A program made the position numbers and the translations under genes. This document shows, one piece after another, positions 19,427 through 29,900 of a stretch of DNA of 64,000 nucleotides. The stretch is from Rubrivivax sp. (lineage in GTDB: Bacteria > Pseudomonadota > Gammaproteobacteria > Burkholderiales > Burkholderiaceae_C): NCBI GenBank assembly GCA_016789955.1, contig JAEUPB010000004.1, positions 22,141 to 86,140 on the forward strand, written 5' to 3'. Numbering within the stretch: the first letter of the stretch is position 1; every line of letters begins with the position of its first letter. Below the pieces are notes generated by a model. It did not search any database. It saw only the letters and a list, made by a program, of their open reading frames with translations, and was not told the origin of the DNA.

Positions 19427-20170
19427 TTGGCTGACTCGCTCGGATGGCGCAAGAAGTTCGCCGTGCTGGTGCCGTCGACGAACACGAGCGTGCAGCCCGA
19501 GTTCGACGCGATGCGGCCTCCTGGCGTCACCAACCACATCAGCCGCATCCGCATCCCGAACATCCCGCTGCGCGACGATGCCGACTTCCAGCGCCTGATC
19601 GAGCTGATCGCCGCCGCGCAGGACGAAGCCGTCGACTCGGTGATGTCGTGCGAGCCCGACCGCCTCGTGCTCGGCATCTCCGCAGAAACCTTCTGGGACG
19701 GACTGAAGGCCAGCCGCAGACTCAAGCAGCAGCTCGAGGAACACACGCGGCTGCCGGTGTCGATGGGCTCCGAGGCCTGCGACGCCGCGTTCGCCGCGCT
19801 GGGCGTGAAGCGTATCGCGGTGGTCACGCCCTACCAGCCGGTGGGCGACCGCAACGTCGTGCGATTCTTCGAGGAATCGGGCTACGAGGTGAAGCGCATC
19901 CGCGGCCTGCGCTGCGAGAGCCCGGTGAAGATCGCGCACGTCGGCGAGGCCGAACTGCGCGATGCACTGCTCGAGCTCGACGGCGACGACATCGACGCCC
20001 TCGTGCAGGTCGGCACCAACCTCGCGATGGCGCGGCTGGCCGGCAGCGCCGCGCTGTGGATGCGGCGCCCGGTGATCGCGATCAACACCGCGATCTACTG
20101 GCATGCCCTGCGCAGTTCTGGCATCGACGACCGCATCGCCGGCTGGGGCCCGCTGCTCGAGCGCCACTAG
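19427..20170 (+). CDS. Maleate cis-trans isomerase/arylmalonate decarboxylase-like (Asp/Glu racemase superfamily)
   Basis: PSTNTSVQPE, VVTPY, QVGTNL, PVIAIN; TTG start with GGAGG RBS. Confidence 0.82.
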   Translation: MADSLGWRKKFAVLVPSTNTSVQPEFDAMRPPGVTNHISRIRIPNIPLRDDADFQRLIELIAAAQDEAVDSVMSCEPDRLVLGISAETFWDGLKASRRLKQQLEEHTRLPVSMGSEACDAAFAALGVKRIAVVTPYQPVGDRNVVRFFEESGYEVKRIRGLRCESPVKIAHVGEAELRDALLELDGDDIDALVQVGTNLAMARLAGSAALWMRRPVIAINTAIYWHALRSSGIDDRIAGWGPLLERH

Positions 20171-20181
20171 GCCCGCCAGCC

Positions 20182-20871
20182 ATGGAAACCGTCGCTTCTC
20201 GCATCTACAGCGCCGTCAAGCAGCAGATCATCGACGGCCGCTACGTGCCCGGCGCCCGCATCACCGAACAGCAGGTGGCGGCCGAGTTCCGCTCGTCGCG
20301 CACGCCGGTGCGCGAGGCGATGCGGCTGCTGGTGGCCAATGGCTTCGCGGTGTTCAAGCCCAACAGCGGCACGGTGGTGCGCGACTGGTCGCGCGCGCAG
20401 ATGCAGGAGATCTTCGACCTGCGCGTGCTGATCGAGAGCGAGATCGCGGCGTCGGCCGCGCAGCACATCACCGACGCCGAGCTGGCCGAGTTGATGCGGC
20501 TGCAGGATCGCATCGAGGCCCACGACGCGCGTACCCGCCCCGGCCGCCGGCGCAGCGAGGGCACGGATGGCTCCGCCGAACCCCTGGAATCGATCGGCCC
20601 GCTGAACCGCGAGTTCCACCGGCTGATCGCCCGGGCCAGCCGCAACGAACGGCTGGCCGCGATGCTCGCCAGCGCCATCGAGATGCCGATCGTGCAGCAG
20701 ACCTTTCGCCGCTACACGCCCGCTCAGCTCCAGCGCAGCTTCGGCCACCACCGCGAGCTGATCGACGCCTTCGCCGCCCACGACGCCGCCTGGGCGCGCA
20801 GCGTGATGAGCTGCCACATCCACGCGGCCCGGCAAGCGATGCTCGCCGACCTGCCGCGCGAGCAGCACTGA
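20182..20871 (+). CDS. GntR family regulator (FCD domain)
   Basis: SSRTPVREA HTH; NREFH...HRELIDA...HI FCD pattern. Confidence 0.9.
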   Translation: METVASRIYSAVKQQIIDGRYVPGARITEQQVAAEFRSSRTPVREAMRLLVANGFAVFKPNSGTVVRDWSRAQMQEIFDLRVLIESEIAASAAQHITDAELAELMRLQDRIEAHDARTRPGRRRSEGTDGSAEPLESIGPLNREFHRLIARASRNERLAAMLASAIEMPIVQQTFRRYTPAQLQRSFGHHRELIDAFAAHDAAWARSVMSCHIHAARQAMLADLPREQH

Positions 20872-20902
20872 TCCAAACGCCCGCCCCGCCCCTCGCCTCG
20901 CC

Positions 20903-22099
20903 ATGGCCCTCGAACACATCACCATCCTCGACCTGACGCACATGCTGTCGGGCCCCTACGGCGCCATGCTGCTCACCGACCTGGGCGCACGCACGATCAA
21001 GGTCGAGCCCCCCGGCACCGGCGAAGGCACGCGGCGGCTGCTGGAGCACGACCCCGACTACTCGCGCGACGGCATGGGGGCCTACTTCCTGACGCTCAAC
21101 CGCAGCAAGCGCAGCGTCTGCATCGACCTGAAGCGCGAGGCCGGGCGCGCGGTGTTCCTCGATCTCGTGAAACACGCCGACGTGGTGTTCGACAACTTCA
21201 GCGTCGGCGTGCCGAAGCGGCTGGGCATCGACCACGAGACGCTGGCGAAGATCAACCCGCGCATCGTCACCTGTTCGGTGACGGGCTTCGGCGAGACCGG
21301 ACCCGATACCGAGCGGCCCGCGTTCGACCAGGTGGTGCAGGCGATGGGCGGCGGCATGTCCATCACGGGCACGCCGGCCACCGGCCCGATGCGCAGCGGC
21401 ATCCCGATCGGCGACCTCGGCGGCGGCATCTTCGGCGCGCTGGGCGTGCTGGCCGCGCTGGCCGAGCGCGAGCGCACCGGGCGCGGGCAGCATGTCGACG
21501 TGTCGATGCTCGACGTGCAGGTCTCGATGCTCAACTACATGGCCACGATGCACCTGATGTCGGGCATCGTGCCCACGGGCATCGGCAACGGCCACTTCGT
21601 GCACGTGCCCTACAACTGCTACCCCACGGCCGACGGCCACGTCATCGTGGCCTGCATCGGCGACCCGTTCTTCGAACGCTTCGCCGCCTTCATCGGCATC
21701 CCCGAGCTCGACGACCCCGCGCTGCGGCAGCAACCGGTGCGCTACGCGGCGCGCGAACGCATCGATGCGCTGGTGGCCGAGCGCCTGCGCACGCGCCCCA
21801 CCGCGGAGTGGGTGCAGCGGCTGCGCGAGGCGCGCATCCCCTGCGGGCCGGTGAACAGCTTCGAGCAGGTGCTGAACGACCCGCAGGTGCGTGCACGCGG
21901 CATGGTGGTGGACGTGCCGCTGCCCGGCGGTGGTTCGGTGCCGCAGCCCGGCAACCCGGTGAAGCTGTCTGGCTCGGCCGAGCGCCCGCACACGCCGCCG
22001 CCGACGCTGGGCGCGCACACCGACGAGGTGCTGGGCGGCATCGTCGGCTACGACGCGGCCCGCATCGCTGCGCTGCGCGAGGCAGGAGCAGTGGGATGA
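20903..22099 (+). CDS. CaiB/BaiF family III CoA-transferase
   Basis: DLGARTIKVEPP, NRSKRS, GIPIGD (catalytic Asp), PTLGAHT. Confidence 0.92.
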   Translation: MALEHITILDLTHMLSGPYGAMLLTDLGARTIKVEPPGTGEGTRRLLEHDPDYSRDGMGAYFLTLNRSKRSVCIDLKREAGRAVFLDLVKHADVVFDNFSVGVPKRLGIDHETLAKINPRIVTCSVTGFGETGPDTERPAFDQVVQAMGGGMSITGTPATGPMRSGIPIGDLGGGIFGALGVLAALAERERTGRGQHVDVSMLDVQVSMLNYMATMHLMSGIVPTGIGNGHFVHVPYNCYPTADGHVIVACIGDPFFERFAAFIGIPELDDPALRQQPVRYAARERIDALVAERLRTRPTAEWVQRLREARIPCGPVNSFEQVLNDPQVRARGMVVDVPLPGGGSVPQPGNPVKLSGSAERPHTPPPTLGAHTDEVLGGIVGYDAARIAALREAGAVG

Positions 22100-23013
22100 G
22101 CGGCAGCATGGATCGACTCTTCATCACCGACGTCTCGCCGCGCGACGGGCTGCAGAACCAGCCCACGCCGGTGAGCACCGAGGCCAAGGCCGGGTTGATC
22201 CGGCTGCTGGCGCAGGCCGGCGTGGCCAGCGTCGAGGCGACGAGCTTCGTCTCGCCCAAGGCGGTGCCGCAGATGGCCGATGCCGGCCAGCTGCTGGCGC
22301 AGGTGCAGGGTGAACTGCCCGACCTGCGCGTGTCGGTGCTGGTGCCCAACCTGAAGGGGCTGGAGCGCGCCCGCGCCGCCAGCGCGCGCGAGATCGCGGT
22401 GGTGCTCTCGGCCACCGAGACGATGAACCGCCGCAACATCAACATGGGCCTGGACGAGGCGGTGCAGGTCAGCGAGCAGACGCTGCAGGCCGCCGCCGCG
22501 GCCGGACTGCGCACGCGTGCCTACGTGGCGGTGGCCTTCGACTGCCCGTTCGAGGGCGCCGTGCCGCTGGACCGCGTGGTGTCCCTGGCGCATCGCATGC
22601 GCGTGGCCGGCGCCGGCGAGGTGGTGATCGCCGACACCATCGGTGCCGCCGCGCCCGGCATGGTGCGCGAGCGTCTACAGGCGATCCTGCAGGCCGTGCC
22701 GCAGCAGCAGCTCGCCGCGCACTTCCACGACACCCGCGGGCTCGGCGCGGCCAACGCCTGGGCCGCCATCGAGGCCGGCGTCCGGCGGCTGGACGCCAGC
22801 GCCGGCGGGCTCGGCGGCTGCCCGTTCGCGCCCGGCGCCGCGGGCAACGTGGCCACCGAGGACCTGGTGCTGATGGCCGAGCGCAGCGGCCTGGCCACCG
22901 GCATCGACCTCGACGGCCTGCTGCGGGCGATCGACCACGTCGAGGCCCGGCTCGGGCGTCCGCTGGGCGGACGGTCGATCGCCTGGTTGCGCCGGCGCCG
23001 CCCGGCCGCCTGA
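22096..23013 (+). CDS. HMG-CoA lyase family (possibly citramalyl-CoA-lyase-like)
   Basis: PRDGLQN, SFVSPKAVPQMAD, HFHDT, GGCPFAPGAAGNVATED. Confidence 0.9.
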   Translation: MSGSMDRLFITDVSPRDGLQNQPTPVSTEAKAGLIRLLAQAGVASVEATSFVSPKAVPQMADAGQLLAQVQGELPDLRVSVLVPNLKGLERARAASAREIAVVLSATETMNRRNINMGLDEAVQVSEQTLQAAAAAGLRTRAYVAVAFDCPFEGAVPLDRVVSLAHRMRVAGAGEVVIADTIGAAAPGMVRERLQAILQAVPQQQLAAHFHDTRGLGAANAWAAIEAGVRRLDASAGGLGGCPFAPGAAGNVATEDLVLMAERSGLATGIDLDGLLRAIDHVEARLGRPLGGRSIAWLRRRRPAA

Positions 23014-23045
23014 CACTCGCTCCCACCCACGTTCCGGAGATCCGC

Positions 23046-23786
23046 ATGGACCACCTCGGCTGGCGCATGAAGTTCGGCCTGCTCGGCCCCTCGACCAACA
23101 CCATCGTGCAGCCCGACATGGACGACCTGCGGCCCGTGGGCGTGACGAACCACTACGGGCGCATCGAGATCCCCGGCATGTCGGTGGCGTCCGACGAGGA
23201 CTTCCTGCGACTCGTGCAGATGATCAAGGACAACACGCTGCACGCCATCGATGTGCTGAAGACCTGCGAGATGGGCGCGATGGTGATGGGCATGTCGGCC
23301 ACCACGTTCTGGGACGGCCGCAAGGGCGCCGAGGCGTACGTGAAGATGCTCGAGGACCGGGCCGAGGTGCCGGTGTCGTGCGGCTCGTTCTCGGTGGAGG
23401 CGGCGCTGAACGCCTACGGGGCCAAGCGCGTGTCGTTCCTGTCGCCCTACTTCGACGTGGCCAACGCGCAGGTGCGCCGCTTCCTCGAGGACTGCGGGTT
23501 CACCGTGGTGCGAGACGTCGCGCTGAAGCGGCCGAGCCCGGTGCAGATCGCCCACAGCACCGACGCGATGTGCCGCAAGGCGATCCTCGAGCTCGACGGC
23601 GACGATGTCGACGCGATCGTGCAGGTCGGCACCAATCTGTCGATGGTGCGCATGGCTGCCGCGGCCGAGCTGTTCCTCGGCAAGCCGGTGATCGCGATCA
23701 ACACCGCCACCTACTGGCGCGCACTGCGCAACGCCAGCCTCCCCGACCGCAAGGACGGCTTCGGCACGCTGATGAGCCACCACTGA
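23046..23786 (+). CDS. Maleate isomerase/arylmalonate decarboxylase-like (second paralog)
   Basis: PSTNTIVQP, SPY, QVGTNL, PVIAIN; clearly paralogous to 19427-20170. Confidence 0.82.
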   Translation: MDHLGWRMKFGLLGPSTNTIVQPDMDDLRPVGVTNHYGRIEIPGMSVASDEDFLRLVQMIKDNTLHAIDVLKTCEMGAMVMGMSATTFWDGRKGAEAYVKMLEDRAEVPVSCGSFSVEAALNAYGAKRVSFLSPYFDVANAQVRRFLEDCGFTVVRDVALKRPSPVQIAHSTDAMCRKAILELDGDDVDAIVQVGTNLSMVRMAAAAELFLGKPVIAINTATYWRALRNASLPDRKDGFGTLMSHH

Positions 23787-23895
23787 CGGGTGCTTGCACT
23801 TCGGTCCAGGCGAACCGAGACTTCGGCCGCGCGTGCTGGATGTGGGGCGGCCCCGGCCCCACTGTTCGGGTCTCCCCAAACCGCTGGAGACCGTC

Positions 23896-24264
23896 ATGCA
23901 ACTGCTCTACAAGTCCCGCGACCGCCATGCGCAGCGCCTGCGCGACTGGGCCCTGGCCCGCACGAAGGCCGTGCTGCGACGCATGGCCTGGCGGGTGTCG
24001 CAGGCGTCGGTGCAGATGACCGACGTCGATGGACCCCGCCACGGCGTGGACAAGCGCTGCCAGGTGTCGCTGGTGGCCACCGACGGCGCGCCGGTCGTCG
24101 TGACCGCCACCGCGCGCGACTGGCGCACCGCGCTGAACCAGGCGCTGGGCCGCGCGCTCGAAGTGCTGCGGCGGATGTTCGGCCGCACGCAGCACGCCCG
24201 GCGCGCCGAGCGCCACTTCATCCGCGACGAACGGCAGGCCGCCTCGTCGCGATCATCCGCGTGA
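23896..24264 (+). CDS. HPF/RaiA-like (ribosome-associated) family protein
   Basis: DVDGPRHGVDKRC motif typical of this subfamily. Confidence 0.7.
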   Translation: MQLLYKSRDRHAQRLRDWALARTKAVLRRMAWRVSQASVQMTDVDGPRHGVDKRCQVSLVATDGAPVVVTATARDWRTALNQALGRALEVLRRMFGRTQHARRAERHFIRDERQAASSRSSA

Positions 24265-24295
24265 CGCACCGGCCATGCCACCCGAGGAGCCTCGC

Positions 24296-24733
24296 ATGAA
24301 GTGGATGATCTGGACCATTGGCGGCCTGCTGGCCGCGGCATGGTCGGTGGCGCTGGCGCTGGTGGCCCTGCTGTTGGGACTGGTCGGCGACCTGCTGCAG
24401 AGCGCCGGGCCGGCGGGCGCCACGGTGCCGGCACTGCCCACCGAGGTGCCGGCCGGACTGGCGTCGTGGCTGCCGACATGGCTGCCGGCCTGGATGCAGG
24501 TGTCGCTGACGGCGTGGATCGACCCGGCGGCGTGGGCCGCGCTCGTGCACGGCGTGCAGCAGGCACTGGCGTACGGGCAATCGGTGCTGCCGGCCCTGGG
24601 CAAGGCCACCGGCTGGATCGAGACGCTGGTGTGGATCGTGTGGGGCCTGGGGATGCTCGGGATGCTGGCGGTGGCCGCGGTCTCCCACGGACTGCTGGCC
24701 CGACGCGCGGCGATGTCTGCGCCGGCGGGCTGA
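24296..24733 (+). CDS. Hypothetical membrane protein (Trp-rich)
   Basis: RBS GAGGAG; hydrophobic N- and C-terminal segments. Confidence 0.6.
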   Translation: MKWMIWTIGGLLAAAWSVALALVALLLGLVGDLLQSAGPAGATVPALPTEVPAGLASWLPTWLPAWMQVSLTAWIDPAAWAALVHGVQQALAYGQSVLPALGKATGWIETLVWIVWGLGMLGMLAVAAVSHGLLARRAAMSAPAG

Positions 24734-24746
24734 TGCGCCGCCCCGC

Positions 24747-25349
24747 ATGATCCGGCCGGAGCGGTTCCGCGAGGCCGCGGCTCACGCCGGCTCGGTGAGC
24801 GTCGGGGACGTGCTGCACCTGCACGGGCGTGCCTCGTGGCCGGCCCTGCTGATCGTGCTGGCCGCGCTCAGCACGATCCCGATCGCCGGCGTCGGCACGG
24901 CGCTGAGCCTGCCGCTGTTCGCCATCGCCTGGCGGTGGCCGAGCACCATCCGGCGTACGCCCGGGACGGGCTTGCCGCTGCCGGAGCGCGTGCGCTCGCT
25001 GCAGATCGGCGCGTGCTGGTCCCCGCGCTGCCTGCGCCTGTTCGCCGCGCTGCACGACGCGGCGCGCTCGTTGATGCGGCGGCGCTGGGCGGGTCTGCGC
25101 CACCCACGCATCGCCTCGGCGTGGCGGGCGTGGATCGCCGCCATGGCGCTGGTGATCCTGTTGCCGCTGCCGTTCGGCAACGTGCTCCCCGCGCTGAGCC
25201 TGTCACTGCTCGGCCTCGGCTGGATCCACCGCGACGGTCTGGCGCTGCTGCTGTCGCTGGGCGTGGGCACGGCCGCGGTGGCCTACGCCGCGCTATCTGC
25301 GCACCTGCTCGCGGCGCTGGTGACGCGGGCGCTGTCGATGTGGGCGTGA
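24747..25349 (+). CDS. exoD: ExoD-like membrane protein
   Basis: LPLPFGNVLPA...RDGL motif, PIAGVGT. Confidence 0.75.
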   Translation: MIRPERFREAAAHAGSVSVGDVLHLHGRASWPALLIVLAALSTIPIAGVGTALSLPLFAIAWRWPSTIRRTPGTGLPLPERVRSLQIGACWSPRCLRLFAALHDAARSLMRRRWAGLRHPRIASAWRAWIAAMALVILLPLPFGNVLPALSLSLLGLGWIHRDGLALLLSLGVGTAAVAYAALSAHLLAALVTRALSMWA

Positions 25350-25402
25350 ATGCACGCGGCCATGCGGGAGTCAACCCCGCTCACCGCACCCGCCCCCGTG
25401 CG

Positions 25403-26263
25403 TCACCGCACCGTGTAGCCGCGGCCTTCGAGGCAGGCCGTGCGGGCGCGCTGGTAGTCGCTGCGCCGCGCGGCATCGGTGGTGGAGACGGTGTTGCCGG
25501 TGGCCAGCGCCGTCGGGTCGAAGTTCGTCTGCGACACGGCCCAGCGATGGCACTCGTACTCGTCGCTGGCCTGCTGCTGCGCACTCTGGCCGTTGCGCGG
25601 ATAGACGTACATGCGGTCGGGACCGCTGGCCACCGGGTTGCCTTCGGGCACCGGCGGCGCCGCCACCTCGTAGCCACCGCCCGGGTGCTCGCGGTAGTAC
25701 ACGCCGTTGGCGTACAGGTAGGCGATGCCGGCGATGGTGATGACCGTGGCGAAGGTCGGCAGGTCGGACACCACCACGCCGTAAGGCGGGCGCACCACCA
25801 CGTAGCCGCGGGCGCCGGGGCCCCACCAGATGCCATCGAGGTAGCGGTAGTTCACCCCGCCCCACACCACCCAGCGCGAATGCGAGGGCGGCGCGCGGTA
25901 CACCGTGCCCGGCGCGGGGTAGTAGTGGTTGTGGCCGTGGGCCCCGTCGTACCAGCGGCCGGGGGTGCCGCGATCAGCGCCACGATCCCATCCGGGCGAG
26001 CGATCGGGCTGCGGCCCGGGCGTCCCAGGCGCACCGGGCGTGCCCCGCTCGCCTCGCGACCGATCCGCCGGCGGCGGCATCGAAGGCCGCCCGCCGCCGT
26101 CGCCCCGCGGCGCCACCTGCGGCGGCCCGCTGTGCTCAGGGCGTTCGCGGTCACGATCGCCCCGATCCCGTTGTGCGCTGGCGGCGAGCGGCGCGCACGC
26201 CATCGCGGCTGCCACGGCGCAGGCGATGCCACGGCGGAGGGTGAGGCGGGTCACGGACGTCAT
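25403..26263 (-). CDS. Exported Pro/Gly-rich protein (DUF6515-like) with C-terminal YP..GQS..QQ..D.YEC domain
   Basis: Signal peptide, low-complexity linker, YVVVRPPYG/YLYANGVYY repeats. Confidence 0.65.
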   Translation of the reverse strand: MTSVTRLTLRRGIACAVAAAMACAPLAASAQRDRGDRDRERPEHSGPPQVAPRGDGGGRPSMPPPADRSRGERGTPGAPGTPGPQPDRSPGWDRGADRGTPGRWYDGAHGHNHYYPAPGTVYRAPPSHSRWVVWGGVNYRYLDGIWWGPGARGYVVVRPPYGVVVSDLPTFATVITIAGIAYLYANGVYYREHPGGGYEVAAPPVPEGNPVASGPDRMYVYPRNGQSAQQQASDEYECHRWAVSQTNFDPTALATGNTVSTTDAARRSDYQRARTACLEGRGYTVR

Positions 26264-26276
26264 GAGAAATCTCCGA

Positions 26277-26873
26277 TCATTCGACGCGATAGCCGCGCCC
26301 ACCCATGCAAGCCGACATCGCGCGGCGGAAGCCGTCCATCGGCATGCGGGCGCGCGCATCCATCTCGGCGTTGCGCGCGGCGGCCACTTCGGCGGCGCGC
26401 TGTCGCGACTCGTTGGCGGCCGCGCCGAGCGCAGCACCGAAGATCGCGCCGATGATCGCATTGCTGCCGGCGTGCCGCGGCGACGAGACCGCCGCGCCGA
26501 TCACCGCGCCGGTGGCGGCACCCGCCACCACATCGGCTGCGGGCGGCACCTGTGGAGGCCCGGCCACGCGGGGCGGCTGCATCGTGGGCGTCATGCCCGG
26601 ATCGAAACCCGTCTCGCGCACGGCCCACCGGTAGCACTCGTAGCGGTCGCGGTCCTGCTGCTCGGCCGACTGGCCGCGCTCGGGGTAGAAGAACATCGGC
26701 GCGCTGGCCACCGGCGTCGGAGGCGGCGGTGCGGGGCGCGTGCGGTAGGGATGGCCGACGGGGGCCACCACGCAGCCGCCGAGCAGCGCCACCACGGCGG
26801 CAGCGGCTCCGAGGCGCCCAGCAGGCAGCACGTTCCAGGGTCGGGCTTGCGGTCGATCGATACGTCCGGTCAT
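26277..26873 (-). CDS. Glycine-zipper lipoprotein
   Basis: Lipobox LLGGC; GAATGAVIGAAV...GAIFGAALGA; C-terminal CMGGRGY. Confidence 0.7.
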   Translation of the reverse strand: MTGRIDRPQARPWNVLPAGRLGAAAAVVALLGGCVVAPVGHPYRTRPAPPPPTPVASAPMFFYPERGQSAEQQDRDRYECYRWAVRETGFDPGMTPTMQPPRVAGPPQVPPAADVVAGAATGAVIGAAVSSPRHAGSNAIIGAIFGAALGAAANESRQRAAEVAAARNAEMDARARMPMDGFRRAMSACMGGRGYRVE

Positions 26874-26986
26874 GGCCTGCCAACGGCAGGCCGCGGGGCT
26901 GCGTTGACCCCTGGCCACGTAAAGGTTCGCAAAGGCCGTGCGTCGGCCCCGATGCGGGAAGCCTGCAGCGCCGGCCAGAATGCACC

Positions 26987-29900
26987 GTGCCCACCGAGAC
27001 CGTTCAGGCCCTGCTCTTCACCGACGTCGTCGACAGCACGGCCATGGTCCAGCGGCTCGGACCCGAGGCCGCCGCCACGGTCTGGGCCGAGCACGACCGC
27101 CACGCGCGAGCGCTGATGTCCCGCCACGGCGGCCGCGAGATCGACCGCAGCGACGGCTTCTTGCTTCTCTTCGACGATGCCACGAGCGCCGCGCGGTTCG
27201 CGGATGGCTACCACCGCGCGCTGGCAGCGATGGGGCTCACGGCCCGCGTCGGGCTGCATGTGGGCAGGGTTTCGCTGCGCCGCAACGAGGCCGACGCCAT
27301 CGCCCGCGGCGCCAAGCCGCTGGAGGTCGATGGCCTGGCCAAGCCCGTCGCGGCCCGCCTGATGGCGCTGGCCCCGGGGGGCCGCACGTTGCTGAGCGCT
27401 GCCGCCCGCGAAGCGCTGCACGATGTGCCGCCCGGGCAGGCGCTGACCGCGCACGGCCACTACCGACTCAAGGGCGTCGACGATCCGCTGGGAGTCCATG
27501 AGATCGGCCCGGCCGTCGGACCCCGCGATCCACCGCCGGACAACGACAAGGCCTATCGCGTCGTGCGCGTCGACGAGGACTGGATGCCGGTGCGCGAGGT
27601 CCGCCACAACCTGGCACCCGAGCGTGACGCCTTCGTGGGCCGCGCGCGCGAGTTGCGCGAACTCGGCGACCGGCTGGCAGGAGGCCAGCGGTTGCTGACG
27701 GTCCTGGGCTCGGGAGGCACCGGCAAGACACGCCTGGTCCGCCGCTACGCCCGGGCATGGCTGGGTGAATGGCCTGGCGGCGTGACCTTCTGCGACCTGA
27801 GCGATGCGCGCGATGTCGGCGGCATCTGCGCGGCGGCTGCTTCGGCACTGGGCGTGTCGCTGGGCCGCGACGATCCGGTCGCCCAGATCGGGCATGTGCT
27901 CGAGCGACGCGGGCGCAACCTCGTCATCCTCGACAACTTCGAGCAGGTCGCCGCCGACGCTGCAGCCACGCTGGGACTCTGGGCGGACCGAGCGTTCGAT
28001 GCGACGTTCGTGGTCACGAGCCGCGAGCGACTGCACCTGGCGGGCGAACAGACGCTGCTGCTCGACCCGCTGCCGATGGACGGCGACGCCATCGACCTGT
28101 TCGCCGTACGCGCCCGGGCGCAGCGGGCCGGATTCGAACTGGACCCCTGCCGCCACGACGTGGCCCGCATCGTGCAACTGCTCGACGGCCTGCCGCTGGC
28201 CATCGAACTGGCCGCGGCCCGCGTGCGCATCCTGTCGCCCGCGCAGATCCTGCAGCGGCTCTCCGATCGCTTCGTGCTGCTGGCAGGCGCGCGCGGCGCC
28301 ACGGCCCGACAGACCACGCTGCGCGCGGCCATCGACTGGAGCTGGGAACTGCTGGCACCGTGGGAGCAGTCGGCACTGGCGCAATGCTCGGTCTTCGACG
28401 GCGGATTCACGCTGGCGGCCGCCGAGGCGGTGCTCGACCTGGCCCCCTGGGCCGACGCGCCGACCGCGCTCGACGTCGTGCAGGCCCTGGTGGACAAGAG
28501 CCTGCTGCGCACCTGGCATCCGGGAGGAGGCCGCGTCGACATCGCCGAGCCCTTCTTCGGCATGTACATGAGCATCCACCAGTACGCGAGCCAGCGCCTC
28601 GCGCAGGCCGGGCCCGGCGCGGTGCGAAGCGCCGAGGCGGCGCACGGGCGCCACTACGCCGAACTGGGCACCGATGCCTGCGTGGACACGCTCTTCGGCC
28701 ACGGCGGCATCGAGCGGCGGCGGGCGCGGGAACTCGAACTGCCCAACGTGCGGGCGGCCTGCGAGCGCGCGGCGGCTCGCGGTGACGCCGAGGCGGCGGT
28801 GCTCGCCTGGGTTGCCGCCTGGCAAGTGCTGGAGCAGCGCGGACCGTACGCGCTGGCGCACCGGCTCGGTGTCGCCGTCAGCGCGCTGAGCGGGCTGACC
28901 GACGCGCAGCAGGCCAGGGCCTCGCTGACGTTGGGAACGGTCTGCTGGCGCATGGGTCTGCTCGAAGAAAGTCAGCGGGCGCTGGATTGCGCCATGGAGG
29001 CCGCCGTCCGAACCGGGGACGGGCGTCGGATCGCCGCTGCGTACGGCCAGCTCGGCGCGCTGCGCAGGGTGCAGGGCCGCTACCGGGAGGGTCTCGAACT
29101 GATCGCCGAAGCCCTTGCGCGGTTTCGCGCGCTGCGCCTGCCCGGCCGGGTCGCCTGGGCCCTGGGGGCTGTCGCCAACCTGCAGATGGACCTCGGGGAC
29201 CTGGAGCAGGCCCGGACGCACTTCGAACAGGCCTTGGCCCTCGAGCGGGAACACGGCGATCGGGCAATGGCAGCGGTGGACACGGCCAACCTCGGCTCCG
29301 TCCTGCTGCAGGTGGGCCGATACGCCGAGGCCCGCGAGTTGCTCGAAGAAGGCGTGAAGCTGCTCCGTGACTCCGGCAACCTGCGCGAACTGGCGCTGGC
29401 GCACAACGCCCTCGGGAACATCGGCGTAGACACCGGCCGCTACGCCGACGCCGAAACCCATTTCGACGTCGCGCTGCGCTGCGCGCGCGACGTCGGCGTG
29501 CGGCAATACGAGGCCATCCTGCTCGGCAACAAGGCCAATTCCGTCGACGCTGTGGGCCGGCCGGATGAGGCGAAGGTCCTTCACGAGGCCGCACTGGCCC
29601 TGCAGCGCGATATCGGCGCGGTGCGCAGCGTCGGGCTCACGCTGGGCAACCTGGCCGAACTCGCCATCCGCCAGGGCCGTCTCGACGAGGCCGAAGCCCA
29701 GCTCGACGAAGCGATGGCGATCCATGTCGCGCAAGGCAATCGCAAGTTCGAAGGCTACGCGTGGTGGCACCGCGCGGAGTTGGCGCTGCGCCGCAGCCTG
29801 ATCGACGACGCCTGCCGCTGCGCCGACGCGGCGACTCTCGCGTTGAACGAAGCCTCCGACGCCATCAACCTCGCGCGGCTGCGCTGCCTGCGGGGCCGAA

